From Paratractidigestivibacter sp. (GTDB taxonomy: Bacteria > Bacteroidota > Bacteroidia > Bacteroidales > Bacteroidaceae), in NCBI GenBank assembly GCA_963656095.1, contig CAVKHS010000004.1:4931-68930 (forward strand): a stretch of 64,000 nt of DNA. Direction: 5' to 3'. Shown in pieces: positions 8,492-17,492 of this stretch (position 1 is its first letter; the number at the start of each line of letters is the position of its first letter). Position numbers and translations under genes: made by a program. A model generated the notes under the pieces. It did not search any database, was not told the origin of the DNA, and worked only from the letters and a program-made list of their open reading frames with translations.

Positions 8492-8625
8492 TTGGAACTA
8501 ATTATATATCCTATTTTTCGAAAGGAATCTATACTGTTGCTCCTATGGGAGCTTCGGTTGAGCTTAGACATAAAGAGTTATGTCGGCAAGGAATTCCTAA
8601 TAAACAATTAAAAAAATTATCTAAA

Positions 8626-8666
8626 GGAGTGACGACGCGATGTTGTTGCTCCTTTTCTTGGTTTTT
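8626..8666 (+). terminator. Probable rho-independent terminator downstream of ald
   Basis: ggagtgacgac-gcgat-gttgttgctcc forms an 11-bp stem if G-U pairs are allowed, followed by ttttcttggttttt. Confidence 0.55.
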
Positions 8667-8676
8667 ATGGGCCTCC

Positions 8677-8726
8677 TTCGTGTCCTCCGTGTCTCTGTGT
8701 GAGAGATAATCGCTGAACAGTTATTC
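8677..8726 (+). repeat. Downstream member of the direct repeat flanking ald
   Basis: See 7200-7240. Same orientation, with a 9-nt insertion. Confidence 0.6.
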
Positions 8727-8904
8727 CATAAAAAAACAGTGATCATTGTGGGATGATCACTATTTTATGGCATTTTTCCTATAATGACTTTATAGTCTTG
8801 CTAAGAAAAACGTTATTATCTTGCTAAAAGGCAATCAGCTTCGGGTTGATCTTCTTATCAGGGATGGCTCCGTTGATAGTCAGCGGAGCACGTACTCTCC
8901 TTGT

Positions 8905-9447
8905 TTAGAAGTTCTCAGCCTTGAGCTCGAAGAAGCTCTGCGGATGCTTGCAGACAGGACATACCTCGGGAGCCTTAGGACCAACGACAACGTGTCCGCA
9001 GTTGCGGCAAACCCAGATGGCATCACCGTCGCGACTGAAGACGAGAGCATCCTCGATGTTTTTCAACAGCTTGCGATAGCGCTCCTCGTGTGTCTTCTCG
9101 ATGGCAGCGACAGCACGGAACTTGTAGGCGATCTCTGTGAAGCCTTCCTCCTCAGCTTCCTTAGCCATGTGGGCGTACATGTCAGTCCACTCGTAGTTCT
9201 CACCCTCGGCAGCAGCCTTAAGGTTCTCGCGTGTGCTCTTGATGTCGCCACCCTCGAGATACTTGAACCACAGCTTAGCGTGCTCCTTCTCGTTCTGAGC
9301 AGTCTCCTCGAAGATAGCAGCGATCTGCTCGTAGCCATCCTTACGTGCCTTGGAAGCGAAGTAAGTGTATTTGTTACGTGCCTGGCTCTCACCAGCGAAA
9401 GCCTCTTGGAGGTTCTTCTCCGTCTTTGTTCCTTTCAGTTCTTTCAT
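8905..9447 (-). CDS. rbr: Rubrerythrin
   Basis: The N-terminal ferritin-like di-iron domain reads [34 protein letters not shown]...EKEHAKLW. The C-terminal rubredoxin-like motif reads CRNCGHVV...CPVCKHP. Confidence 0.93.
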   Translation of the reverse strand: MKELKGTKTEKNLQEAFAGESQARNKYTYFASKARKDGYEQIAAIFEETAQNEKEHAKLWFKYLEGGDIKSTRENLKAAAEGENYEWTDMYAHMAKEAEEEGFTEIAYKFRAVAAIEKTHEERYRKLLKNIEDALVFSRDGDAIWVCRNCGHVVVGPKAPEVCPVCKHPQSFFELKAENF

Positions 9448-9509
9448 AATGTTTTTGATGTTAATGGTTGTGTGGCATTGCCACGTGTTGTGTTTATATT
9501 GTTATGATG

Positions 9510-9517
9510 CAAAGATA
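9510..9517 (-). promoter_or_regulatory. Candidate -7 promoter box for rbr
   Basis: Minus strand reads TATCTTTG, 63 nt upstream of the rbr ATG. Confidence 0.45.
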
Positions 9518-9567
9518 AGCGTCTTTTTCGGAATATCCAAAATAATCATGACTAAGCTTTCATAACT

Positions 9568-9582
9568 ATTGTTAATAACAAT
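9568..9582. promoter_or_regulatory. Perfect 7-1-7 palindrome ATTGTTA-A-TAACAAT upstream of the rbr promoter
   Basis: Read directly from the sequence. A 1-nt loop rules out a hairpin terminator, so a dimeric protein-binding site is more likely. Confidence 0.4.
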
Positions 9583-9588
9583 AACGGC

Positions 9589-11823
9589 TTACTGCTCATG
9601 AAACATCCGCAGTACATCGCAGTGCGAGACGTAACGGTTTGACTGATAGGCGGGATTGAGCGCGAGGAAGTTGTTGAGTTGTGCCAGTGCCTTGTACTGT
9701 CTCGTCTGCTTTTGGAAGTTGACTTTTTCACCCGGATAGATGAAGGGATAGCCTTCGGCGGCGTTGTCGCGACGGATGAAAGCCAGGGCGTAGAGACTGT
9801 TGAACTGCAGATCTTGGTCGCCTTTGAGTGAACTCTCACCTAAATAGTTGATGGCGTCGAGGATCAGATCATGGTCGCCGGTGCGCACGGTGTCCATGCA
9901 ACTCCAGTCGTAATGAGTGAGATACCAGCAGTCGCCTTCGTAGCTGGCCTGATAGAGCAGTGTGGCGAGATCGTAAGCAAGGTGGGCGCGCAGTGTGTCG
10001 CTGCCTGCGTTTTGGTAGCGGTGTTGCAAGTTGGTGATGTCCTGACAGAATGTGAGCTTCTGGTTGCCGGTGATGGCAACGGAGCGAGGACCGGTTTGCA
10101 ACGTGTCGGCGATGACCTGATGCACGAACCAGCGCGGCTGCTGATAGTTGCGGCGACCGGTGTATCCACAGATATTCGAGTTGTAGATGAAGTCGGTGCT
10201 TACCTTTTTAAGATATGGTATCGCTTCTTCAAAGCGGCCAGAAGCCATGAGACGTGTACCAATGAGATCGTTGTAGTAATCGTCGTTCTGGTAACTGCTC
10301 TTGCAGGCTGCCTCAGCGAGCGGACTGTCGGTATGCGTTGCGTGGAGGTAAGCGACGTATTGTTTGAGTGAGTCAACAGAGAGTTGCTGCAAAGCATCGT
10401 AGTAATCTCCTCTCCAGTCGGGCAGGTTGATGTAGCTATTAGCCGGTTGATAGTAAGTGGGCACATGCTTTCTTATGCTCGGCAGCGTGCCGTCATTGTC
10501 GTGGTTGTCCATATTGGCGAGCATGGCGAGGGCGAGGAAACCATTGCCCTGCTTTTGCAGTTCGGGCACGAGATGGTTGTAGACCATGCGTTGCAGCATG
10601 TTGGCGAAATAGGGATCCGCCACATAGGTGATGCCCTGTTCGTCCTTTGTTTCTGCCTGCTTGCTCATATTTCTCATCCATGCGATCTCTTTGATGAGCC
10701 GGTTCTGCTGATCGTTGTCCATCTTCTCAGCGTAGACGCTGTTGATGTCCGCGATGGCGCGGGCGTTGTCGTGCATGCGTTGTGTGCCTTCGGCGGTGAT
10801 GGCCTGTGCAAGCGCAGTCTTTGCGGCACTGTAGTTGCCGAGTAGCAGTTGCAGAGCACCGGTGGCCTCGTGCCAGAGAGCCGGCGTTGTGGTTTTGCCC
10901 TCTTTCAGTACTTGTGTGGCGAAGGCGATGAAGGCTTGTGCCTCATCTTGATAGATCGCGCGGGCACCGACTTCCTCGATGGCCTCGGTATATTCCTTTT
11001 TGGTCCACTGGGCCTTGTCGGCATCCGGGATGAAAGCCGACGGGCGGGTATATACATCCTGCGTTTCCTGCACGTTGTTGACAAAGTCCTGTACGAGATA
11101 GGGCAGAACACGGCTGTTGGCATCGCGGGCATAGATGGCCTTGATACCACTGAGATTGCGGTAGTGGCGCACGCACCAGCGCATGCTCTGCTGGTCGTTT
11201 TGACGGGCATAGATCTCCAGCGCGTCACGCTGTTTGCCGGTCTTGAGCAGTGCGCGTGCATAGATGTTCTCCATCATGTCGCGGTAGACGCTCTGCGGTG
11301 TACGGGAGGCCGTGGTCTTCCAGTAGCTGATGTTCTGGGTGTTGTAGCCCAAGAGCATGTTGGCGCGCATGGCGAGCAGGCGGTATTGAGCCAGCAGACG
11401 GCGTCCACGATAAGCCTTTGCGGCAGCGAGCATCTGCGTGAGTCCCTGCCTGCGTTGCAGCAGTTGCTTCCGTGTAGGATAGTTCCATGTGTCAGTGAGA
11501 TCACTGCTGATCTTGAGATATTTATTGAGCCAGCCGAGATAGCGCACCATCTCATAGTCCTTCTTCTGCCGTGCCATCTTCATGATAAAGGTGGGCGCGT
11601 CGGTATCGGTCTTGCTGTCCCAACCGTCTTTGTAGCCGGAGACGCGACCGTTGGTATACTGTTTCCAGAAGTCGTTGATGGCTTTGAGCTGTTTGCTCTC
11701 GGTCTGTTGCTGTGTCGGCTCCACGCACATGAGGTAATAGTTGTACGTAGGTTTCTCGGACACGCAAGCCAATGATCTGCCGACAGACATCAGCAGGAGG
11801 CTAACGATGATAAATCTTTTCAT
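9589..11823 (-). CDS. Hypothetical exported protein (744 aa), function unknown
   Basis: Long ORF with coding-like composition and the signal peptide MKRFIIVSLLLMSVGRSLAC. Its start overlaps the stop of the upstream gene by 23 nt (operon). I recognise no family motif. Confidence 0.75.
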   Translation of the reverse strand: MKRFIIVSLLLMSVGRSLACVSEKPTYNYYLMCVEPTQQQTESKQLKAINDFWKQYTNGRVSGYKDGWDSKTDTDAPTFIMKMARQKKDYEMVRYLGWLNKYLKISSDLTDTWNYPTRKQLLQRRQGLTQMLAAAKAYRGRRLLAQYRLLAMRANMLLGYNTQNISYWKTTASRTPQSVYRDMMENIYARALLKTGKQRDALEIYARQNDQQSMRWCVRHYRNLSGIKAIYARDANSRVLPYLVQDFVNNVQETQDVYTRPSAFIPDADKAQWTKKEYTEAIEEVGARAIYQDEAQAFIAFATQVLKEGKTTTPALWHEATGALQLLLGNYSAAKTALAQAITAEGTQRMHDNARAIADINSVYAEKMDNDQQNRLIKEIAWMRNMSKQAETKDEQGITYVADPYFANMLQRMVYNHLVPELQKQGNGFLALAMLANMDNHDNDGTLPSIRKHVPTYYQPANSYINLPDWRGDYYDALQQLSVDSLKQYVAYLHATHTDSPLAEAACKSSYQNDDYYNDLIGTRLMASGRFEEAIPYLKKVSTDFIYNSNICGYTGRRNYQQPRWFVHQVIADTLQTGPRSVAITGNQKLTFCQDITNLQHRYQNAGSDTLRAHLAYDLATLLYQASYEGDCWYLTHYDWSCMDTVRTGDHDLILDAINYLGESSLKGDQDLQFNSLYALAFIRRDNAAEGYPFIYPGEKVNFQKQTRQYKALAQLNNFLALNPAYQSNRYVSHCDVLRMFHEQ

Positions 11824-12766
11824 AATCAGAAGCTTGGAATCTTTTTATGTTATTGGTTTGCAAATCATAGAGTATAATCTCGTCGTGCGCGTCAGGACGC
11901 AGTTCGCTGATGGTCTGATGCGTTTCGAGGATATGCCGGAGGTCAGCGCTGCGACAGAGAATCTTGTCACCCGGTAGAATCGGATAGTCGTCGTCGCTGT
12001 GGAGAATGCCGACGAAGTGACCGCCACGGAAGAGCACACGCCATGAGAAGATGGGGTAGGCGGTGGACAGTGACAGCTTGTAGGTGGCAAGATAACGCAG
12101 ATAAGGCTTCACGTCGGCAATGTTGAGGATGGGGTAGCGGTTGTTGATGTCGCGCACGTCTCCGGTGTTATACGCCATCAGCACGCCACGGTCGGCAGGC
12201 GGTACGGGCTGTGTGAGCTGATGAAAGCGGATGGTGGTCGACAACTGTAGCCGTTGCTTATGTGCCAAATCGCGCAGGGCTGAGAGAAAATCAAAGTAGG
12301 TGCGTCGTGTGGTGACTGTCCAGTCGCAGTCGATCTGCAGCTCGTTGATTGGTCCGAGCTGTAGTGTGCTTGTCATCTGTCCGACGCGTTGCAGGATCTT
12401 TCCAGCTAAATCCTTTGCCCCAGTGTGACTTTGTCCGATTGCCTTCATGCAGTCGTTGGTGATGTAGACCACTGGTGTCACCGTTACGCCTTTGGGCACG
12501 CGGCCCACGACGTTGACGCTGGCGTTGGGCATGGGCGTACCATTGGTCATCACCACGTCGAAGTATCGCAGATAGATATGGGTGACGTGCTTGTGACGGA
12601 TGAATGCCGCCACGGCCGAGTCGTTGGGAGAGAAGGTCGTCTGCCAACAATAGACGGAGCGTCGGGGCTGGGACTTGCTCTCTTTTTCCCGGCAACCTGT
12701 CAGCATCACGATTAGCAGTGATGCGAGCAGAAGCGCACTGATGGCAAATGTTTTTTTCTCGTTCAT
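11801..12766 (-). CDS. Hypothetical lipoprotein (~321 aa), function unknown
   Basis: I prefer the ATG at 12766 (MNEKKTFAISALLLASLLIVMLTGC lipobox). The track start at 12826 is TTG. It lies between nhaC and the 744-aa ORF on the same strand. Confidence 0.7.
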   Translation of the reverse strand: MNEKKTFAISALLLASLLIVMLTGCREKESKSQPRRSVYCWQTTFSPNDSAVAAFIRHKHVTHIYLRYFDVVMTNGTPMPNASVNVVGRVPKGVTVTPVVYITNDCMKAIGQSHTGAKDLAGKILQRVGQMTSTLQLGPINELQIDCDWTVTTRRTYFDFLSALRDLAHKQRLQLSTTIRFHQLTQPVPPADRGVLMAYNTGDVRDINNRYPILNIADVKPYLRYLATYKLSLSTAYPIFSWRVLFRGGHFVGILHSDDDYPILPGDKILCRSADLRHILETHQTISELRPDAHDEIILYDLQTNNIKRFQASDYEKIYHR

Positions 12767-12829
12767 ACCTTTGAGCTTTATGGGCGCAAAGATATAACAA
12801 AGAAATGAGTCCGCAAAGAAAGCCAAGGT

Positions 12830-14260
12830 TTATTTTGCCGTATTGCTTACGTTGCGGTAGATCTTAAAGCCGAGAGCGGCAATCGTCATGCTCATCAGCG
12901 GACAGAGATAGCAGAAGACGGTGTAGGGCAGATAGGTCAACGTCGGCACATTGAGCACCGATGACTGTGTCATGCCGCAAGTACTCCACGGTACGAGCAC
13001 CGAGGTCACCGTACTGGAGTCCTCGATGCTGCGGCTGAGCAGACGCGGCTCGAAGCCTTCTTTCTCATAGATACTTTTGTACATACTGGCGCTGAGCATG
13101 ATAGAGAGATATTGGTCGGCGACGGTGGTGTTGAAGAAGAAACCTGAGAAAATGGTGGAGGCAACCAGTCCGAAACGGGTGCGCGTCAGTGGCAGGAGCA
13201 GGTGCATGATGTTGGCAAGCATGCCACTGGCCTTCAAAACACCGCCGAAGCAGATGGCACAAAGGATCAGCCATACCGTGCCCATCATGCCCTGCATGCC
13301 GCGTGTGGACAGCAGCGCATCGCAAGCCGTGTTGCCTGTGTGTACGGCAGTAGCGCCAAAGCCACTGAGCATGACGCCTTTGAAGAGGGTGAGCACGGAA
13401 GTGTCGTGGGCGCCGATGACCTCCGCGAGGATATGTGGTTGGAAGAAGATGGCAAAGAGTCCGGCCAGTACCGAAGAGGCGAAGAGCACGATGATCGCCG
13501 GAAGTTTGCGTGCGATCATCAGTCCGGTGACTACGGGTACGATGAGCAGCCACGGCGAGAGGTTGTATTTACTTTGCAGGGCCATGGTAAAAGCAGAGGT
13601 ATCGATAGCTGAATGACCGGCGACGAAGAGTCCGGCGACGGCATATACGATCAGCGCGATGACAACGGCAGGCACTGTCGTGATGGTCATGTAGCGGATA
13701 TGCGTGAACAATGGCGTACCCACCACACTGGATGCCAGCACTGTAGTGTCGGAGAGTGGAGACATCTTATCACCAAAATAGGCACCGGAGAGAATGGCTC
13801 CGGCCGTCCAACCGTCGCTGAATCCGAGTGCCTTGCCAATGCCCATGAGTGCAATGCCGATGGTCGCCACAGTGGTCCAAGAGCTGCCCGTCATCACAGA
13901 GACAAAGCCGCTGATGACACAACAGCAGAGGAGGAAGACGTAGGGATTGATGATCTTCATGCCCCAGTAGATCAGCGTGGGCACCACACCGCTGACGGTC
14001 CATGTGCCGGAGAGCAGGCCGATGAGCAGCAGGATGACGATGGCTGTTCCTACGCTGCCGATGGAGTTGTTGATCTCTGTCTCTAAAGTCTTCCATGAAA
14101 CGTGGAAGCTTACCACGGCGATCAGACCACAGACGCCCGTAGAGAGGATCAGTGCCAGCTGACTGCCGCCGGAAAGTGCATCTGTTCCGTAGACGTGGAT
14201 GACAATGCCAAGAAACGCCATCAGGAAGATGACAGGAGTGAGAGAAAGGACGTATCGCAT
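12830..14260 (-). CDS. nhaC: Na+/H+ antiporter, NhaC family
   Basis: 476-aa polytopic membrane protein with NhaC-like sequence throughout (e.g. GSSWTTVATIGIALMGIG, DKMSPLSDTT). Confidence 0.8.
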   Translation of the reverse strand: MRYVLSLTPVIFLMAFLGIVIHVYGTDALSGGSQLALILSTGVCGLIAVVSFHVSWKTLETEINNSIGSVGTAIVILLLIGLLSGTWTVSGVVPTLIYWGMKIINPYVFLLCCCVISGFVSVMTGSSWTTVATIGIALMGIGKALGFSDGWTAGAILSGAYFGDKMSPLSDTTVLASSVVGTPLFTHIRYMTITTVPAVVIALIVYAVAGLFVAGHSAIDTSAFTMALQSKYNLSPWLLIVPVVTGLMIARKLPAIIVLFASSVLAGLFAIFFQPHILAEVIGAHDTSVLTLFKGVMLSGFGATAVHTGNTACDALLSTRGMQGMMGTVWLILCAICFGGVLKASGMLANIMHLLLPLTRTRFGLVASTIFSGFFFNTTVADQYLSIMLSASMYKSIYEKEGFEPRLLSRSIEDSSTVTSVLVPWSTCGMTQSSVLNVPTLTYLPYTVFCYLCPLMSMTIAALGFKIYRNVSNTAK

Positions 14261-14263
14261 GGA

Positions 14264-14330
14264 ATGTTGAATGTTGAGAGTTGAATGATGAGTTATCTCA
14301 ATGTTGAATGTTGGGTGTTGAGTGTTGAAT
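14264..14330. repeat. Two blocks of imperfect tandem heptamers (TGTTGAR) in the nhaC leader
   Basis: The blocks tgttgaa tgttgag agttgaa tgatgag and tgttgaa tgttggg tgttgag tgttgaa are separated by ttatctcaa. A related gtgttgagtgttgag (rc) lies at 61111-61130, upstream of lpxA. Confidence 0.6.
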
Positions 14331-14333
14331 CAT

Positions 14334-14876
14334 TCAACATTTCTCCATGTGGTAGCCCAATGATTTCAGTTCCATGGCAACCCCCATCAAGTACATCTCG
14401 TGGAGCGCGGCGATGAAGACACGGAAAGCGTCTTGTGTTCCCGGCTCCACATGAAGGTGGCTGATCGTGTTGTAAGTCCGTGCGGCACACTCGCCGACGG
14501 TTTGCTGGAGCTTCTCGCCTTGCTCGGGGGTGAGACGAAGAACCTGCTGGCGGATGTAGTCGTCGAGATGATCAAAGTCAGTGTTGAGGATCATCATCTT
14601 GTAGAGGTCGGGAACATGGCTGTAGCGCTCCCAGTCCTCATCCCAATAGTAGGCGATTGCCATACCAATATACATCATCCAGCCGAGCGCCACAGTGGGG
14701 TAGTGGTTCCACTCGCGCAGTGCGTCGGGCAGATAACTCTCGCCGATGGTTGCCCACAGCGCCTCGATGTCCGGTGCTTCGGGAAAGTGCTTGTCGATGA
14801 GATCGTGGGCTTTGAGATAAGCCGCGAGGTCGTTGTGAAAGGTCTCCTCAAATTCTTTTGTTCTGTTCTCTTCCAT
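14334..14876 (-). CDS. Hypothetical cytoplasmic protein (180 aa)
   Basis: Clean ATG-initiated ORF with coding-like composition and no signal peptide. I recognise no family. Confidence 0.65.
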   Translation of the reverse strand: MEENRTKEFEETFHNDLAAYLKAHDLIDKHFPEAPDIEALWATIGESYLPDALREWNHYPTVALGWMMYIGMAIAYYWDEDWERYSHVPDLYKMMILNTDFDHLDDYIRQQVLRLTPEQGEKLQQTVGECAARTYNTISHLHVEPGTQDAFRVFIAALHEMYLMGVAMELKSLGYHMEKC

Positions 14877-14914
14877 GGTCTTGCTACCTTTCTTTGTTGT
14901 ATAGAAACAAATAT

Positions 14915-14936
14915 CGGGAGGGTCATTACCCTCCCG
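14915..14936 (-). terminator. Probable terminator after bcp
   Basis: cgggagggt-catt-accctcccg is a 9-bp perfect stem. On the minus strand it is followed by atatttgttt. Confidence 0.5.
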
Positions 14937-14945
14937 TTGCTTCGT

Positions 14946-15404
14946 TTAGGCTTCAGCGCCTAAGATCTGTTGTGCATGTTCCTTCACCTTGATCTGCTTC
15001 GGACGATAGATCTCGGTGATCACACCGTTCTCGTCGGTCACGAAAGTCGTGCGGAAGGTACCCATCGTGGTCTTTCCATACATTTTCTTTTCGCCATAGG
15101 CACCGAGAGCCTCTACGAGTTTCTTTTCCGTATCAGCGATTAGGGGGAAGGGCAAGTTATATTTTGCGATGAACTTCTTGTGGCTCTCTGCACTCTGAAT
15201 GCTGACGCCGACGACGGCATAGCCTTTGTCGAGCATCGACTGATAGTTGTCCCGCAGGTTGCAAGCCTCGTTGGTGCATCCCGGAGTAGCGTCGCGCGGA
15301 TAGATATAGAGTACGAGCTTTTTGCCTTGGAAGTCGCTCAACTTCACTTCGTTGCCGTCCTGGTCAAGTCCCAGGAACTCCGGCAGTTTGTCTCCTATTT
15401 CCAT
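14946..15404 (-). CDS. bcp: Thioredoxin-dependent thiol peroxidase (peroxiredoxin Bcp)
   Basis: GKKLVLYIYPRDATPGCTNEACNLRDNY contains the peroxidatic Cys motif. Length is 152 aa. Confidence 0.92.
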   Translation of the reverse strand: MEIGDKLPEFLGLDQDGNEVKLSDFQGKKLVLYIYPRDATPGCTNEACNLRDNYQSMLDKGYAVVGVSIQSAESHKKFIAKYNLPFPLIADTEKKLVEALGAYGEKKMYGKTTMGTFRTTFVTDENGVITEIYRPKQIKVKEHAQQILGAEA

Positions 15405-15452
15405 AATAATAATGTGTTATTGTGTTATTGTAAACTTCATAACCGAAGTCTG

Positions 15453-15824
15453 TTATTTCATAAACACGAAGTACACCGCCGCTATCAGGCAGGCAAAAGC
15501 CACGAGATGGTTCCAGTGAAGGCTCTGTCCCTGAAAGAGCATGTTCGCAATGACGGCGAAGACGATCAGCGAGACACACTCCTGGATCACTTTCAGCTGA
15601 ATGAGAGAGAAAGGACCGCCGTCGCCTTGGAAGCCAATGCGGTTGGCGGGTACCTGACAACAATACTCAAAGAAGGCAATGCACCACGAAAAGACGATGA
15701 CGCCGATCAGTGGCCAGTGGTTACTGATGTGTGCCTGTTGCAGTTTCAGATGGCCATACCAGGCCAACGTCATAAAGACATTGCTGCACAACAGCAATGC
15801 GATAGTAGATAATCCGCGATACAC
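15453..15824 (-). CDS. DMT-family small membrane protein (DUF486-like)
   Basis: 123 aa with four predicted TM helices; LAWYGHLK near the N-terminus is typical of this family. The start codon is GTG, and no in-frame ATG preserves the first TM helix. Confidence 0.7.
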   Translation of the reverse strand: MYRGLSTIALLLCSNVFMTLAWYGHLKLQQAHISNHWPLIGVIVFSWCIAFFEYCCQVPANRIGFQGDGGPFSLIQLKVIQECVSLIVFAVIANMLFQGQSLHWNHLVAFACLIAAVYFVFMK

Positions 15825-15836
15825 TTTCTTTGCCTG

Positions 15837-16553
15837 TTACTTGTTGCTTGTAGCACTCTTTTCGTTGCTGATGACAGAAAGAACTACGTACCATGCGATG
15901 ATAATCGCGAAAGCATATTCACGGAAGATGATCAGCAGCGGCACACAAGTGATGAGGAAGGAGTAGCGGAGCTCGTTGCCTTTCCACCCCCAGTGCTTGA
16001 ATTTCAATGCGAACATCGGTATCTCAGCGATGAGCAGCCATGAGCTGAGGAGCATGAGGGCGATGAGTGCTACGGACATATAGGGCGACAGCGTCTCCCA
16101 ATGCTTAGCACTGAGGATCAGCGAACCCCAGAAGAGTGCGTTGGCAGGTGTCGGCAGTCCGATGAATCCCATGGTCTGACGCTCGTCAAGATTGAACTTG
16201 GCGAGACGAAGTGCCGAAAAGGCTGCCATGATATAGGCTACGAAAGCCACATAGTCGCTCACTGGCTGAAGCCAAGAGGGATAGTCCATCACGAGCAACT
16301 GGGAGAACAGCATCGTAGAGGGAGCCACGCCGAAGGTGACATCGTCGGCCAATGAGTCCAACTCCTTACCTATTGGTGAGGGCACGTGCAGCAGACGCGC
16401 GCTCATACCATCGAAGAAATCAAAAATGGCCCCGATGATAATCCACAGCAATGCCAGTTCCGGGTCGTGGAAAAAAGCAAAGCACGTAGCGATGCAGCCC
16501 GAGATGAGGTTGCAGCAGGTCAGCGTGTTGGGGATATGTTTCTTGATATTCAT
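15837..16553 (-). CDS. pssA: CDP-diacylglycerol--serine O-phosphatidyltransferase
   Basis: CDP-alcohol phosphatidyltransferase motif DFFDGMSARLL...GKELDSLADDVTFGVAP. Polytopic, and adjacent to psd. Confidence 0.88.
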   Translation of the reverse strand: MNIKKHIPNTLTCCNLISGCIATCFAFFHDPELALLWIIIGAIFDFFDGMSARLLHVPSPIGKELDSLADDVTFGVAPSTMLFSQLLVMDYPSWLQPVSDYVAFVAYIMAAFSALRLAKFNLDERQTMGFIGLPTPANALFWGSLILSAKHWETLSPYMSVALIALMLLSSWLLIAEIPMFALKFKHWGWKGNELRYSFLITCVPLLIIFREYAFAIIIAWYVVLSVISNEKSATSNK

Positions 16554-16627
16554 AGTGAATACTAATTCTGTTTGTCAGTGCACAATATACATTCTTATTT
16601 ATACACTATACATTACTCATTATTTAT

Positions 16628-17320
16628 TTAGGGCAGCTTGGCGAGGATTGTCTGGTCGCCTGTTGTCTTCTGTCCCATCTTCACCATCACCTTACTGCCG
16701 ATGGGTAGGAAGACATCCACACGCGATCCAAGTTTGATGAATCCCAGGTGCTCGTCGATATAACAGTCTTCGCCTTCCTTAGCGTAAGTGACGATACGGC
16801 GTGCCACTGCGCCTGCGATCTGTCGGCAAAGCACGTCGACACCATGCTCAGTGGTGATCATCGTGTCGGCACGCTCGTTCTCTTCACTGGCCTTGGGCAG
16901 CCAGGCCTTGTGGTAGTTGCCGTTCTGATGTTTGACAAACTTCACTTTTCCGTCGACGGGGAACCAGTTGGCGTGAACGTTGAAAAGACTCATAAAGATG
17001 CTGATCATCAATCGCTTGTCGTGGAAATACTCATTCTCTTCCACCTCTTCGATTACCACGATCTTACCGTCAGCGGGCGCCACGACGATCTTATCGGTGT
17101 CTTCCATGTTGAGGAATCTGATCGGACACTGGTAGAAATTGAAGACGATGCCATAGATGACGCCAAAGACGACGAAGAACAGCCAAAACGGCCACTTCGT
17201 GTCAAAGCCGTACCACAGTGCGGCGCCGGCGGCGATGATAAAGATGAGTCCGTAAAGCAATGTGTCATTGCCCTCACGGTGTATGCGTATTTTCTTTAGT
17301 TTCTGTATCTTTTTTCCCAT
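16628..17320 (-). CDS. psd: Phosphatidylserine decarboxylase proenzyme
   Basis: Contains the [14 protein letters not shown] self-cleavage region. I prefer the ATG at 17320 ([17 protein letters not shown]). The upstream ATG at 17362 lies only 2 nt from the -7 box at 17364-17371, so it is probably not transcribed. Confidence 0.88.
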   Translation of the reverse strand: MGKKIQKLKKIRIHREGNDTLLYGLIFIIAAGAALWYGFDTKWPFWLFFVVFGVIYGIVFNFYQCPIRFLNMEDTDKIVVAPADGKIVVIEEVEENEYFHDKRLMISIFMSLFNVHANWFPVDGKVKFVKHQNGNYHKAWLPKASEENERADTMITTEHGVDVLCRQIAGAVARRIVTYAKEGEDCYIDEHLGFIKLGSRVDVFLPIGSKVMVKMGQKTTGDQTILAKLP

Positions 17321-17363
17321 GGTTGCTCTAAGAGAGTTTCGGTTTTTCCTTGTCACTTGCATG

Positions 17364-17371
17364 CAAAGTTA
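17364..17371 (-). promoter_or_regulatory. Candidate -7 promoter box for psd-pssA
   Basis: Minus strand reads TAACTTTG, 44 nt upstream of the ATG at 17320. Confidence 0.45.
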
Positions 17372-17492
17372 ATTCTTTTTTATCACTCCTACAAATTTTT
17401 ATACGCTACTTTTGGTTGTCTCGCTTTTTAGACGTAACTTTACACTCGGTTTTATGCTCATTATACGCTTTTAAAGTTCAAAAGAAGAATTG

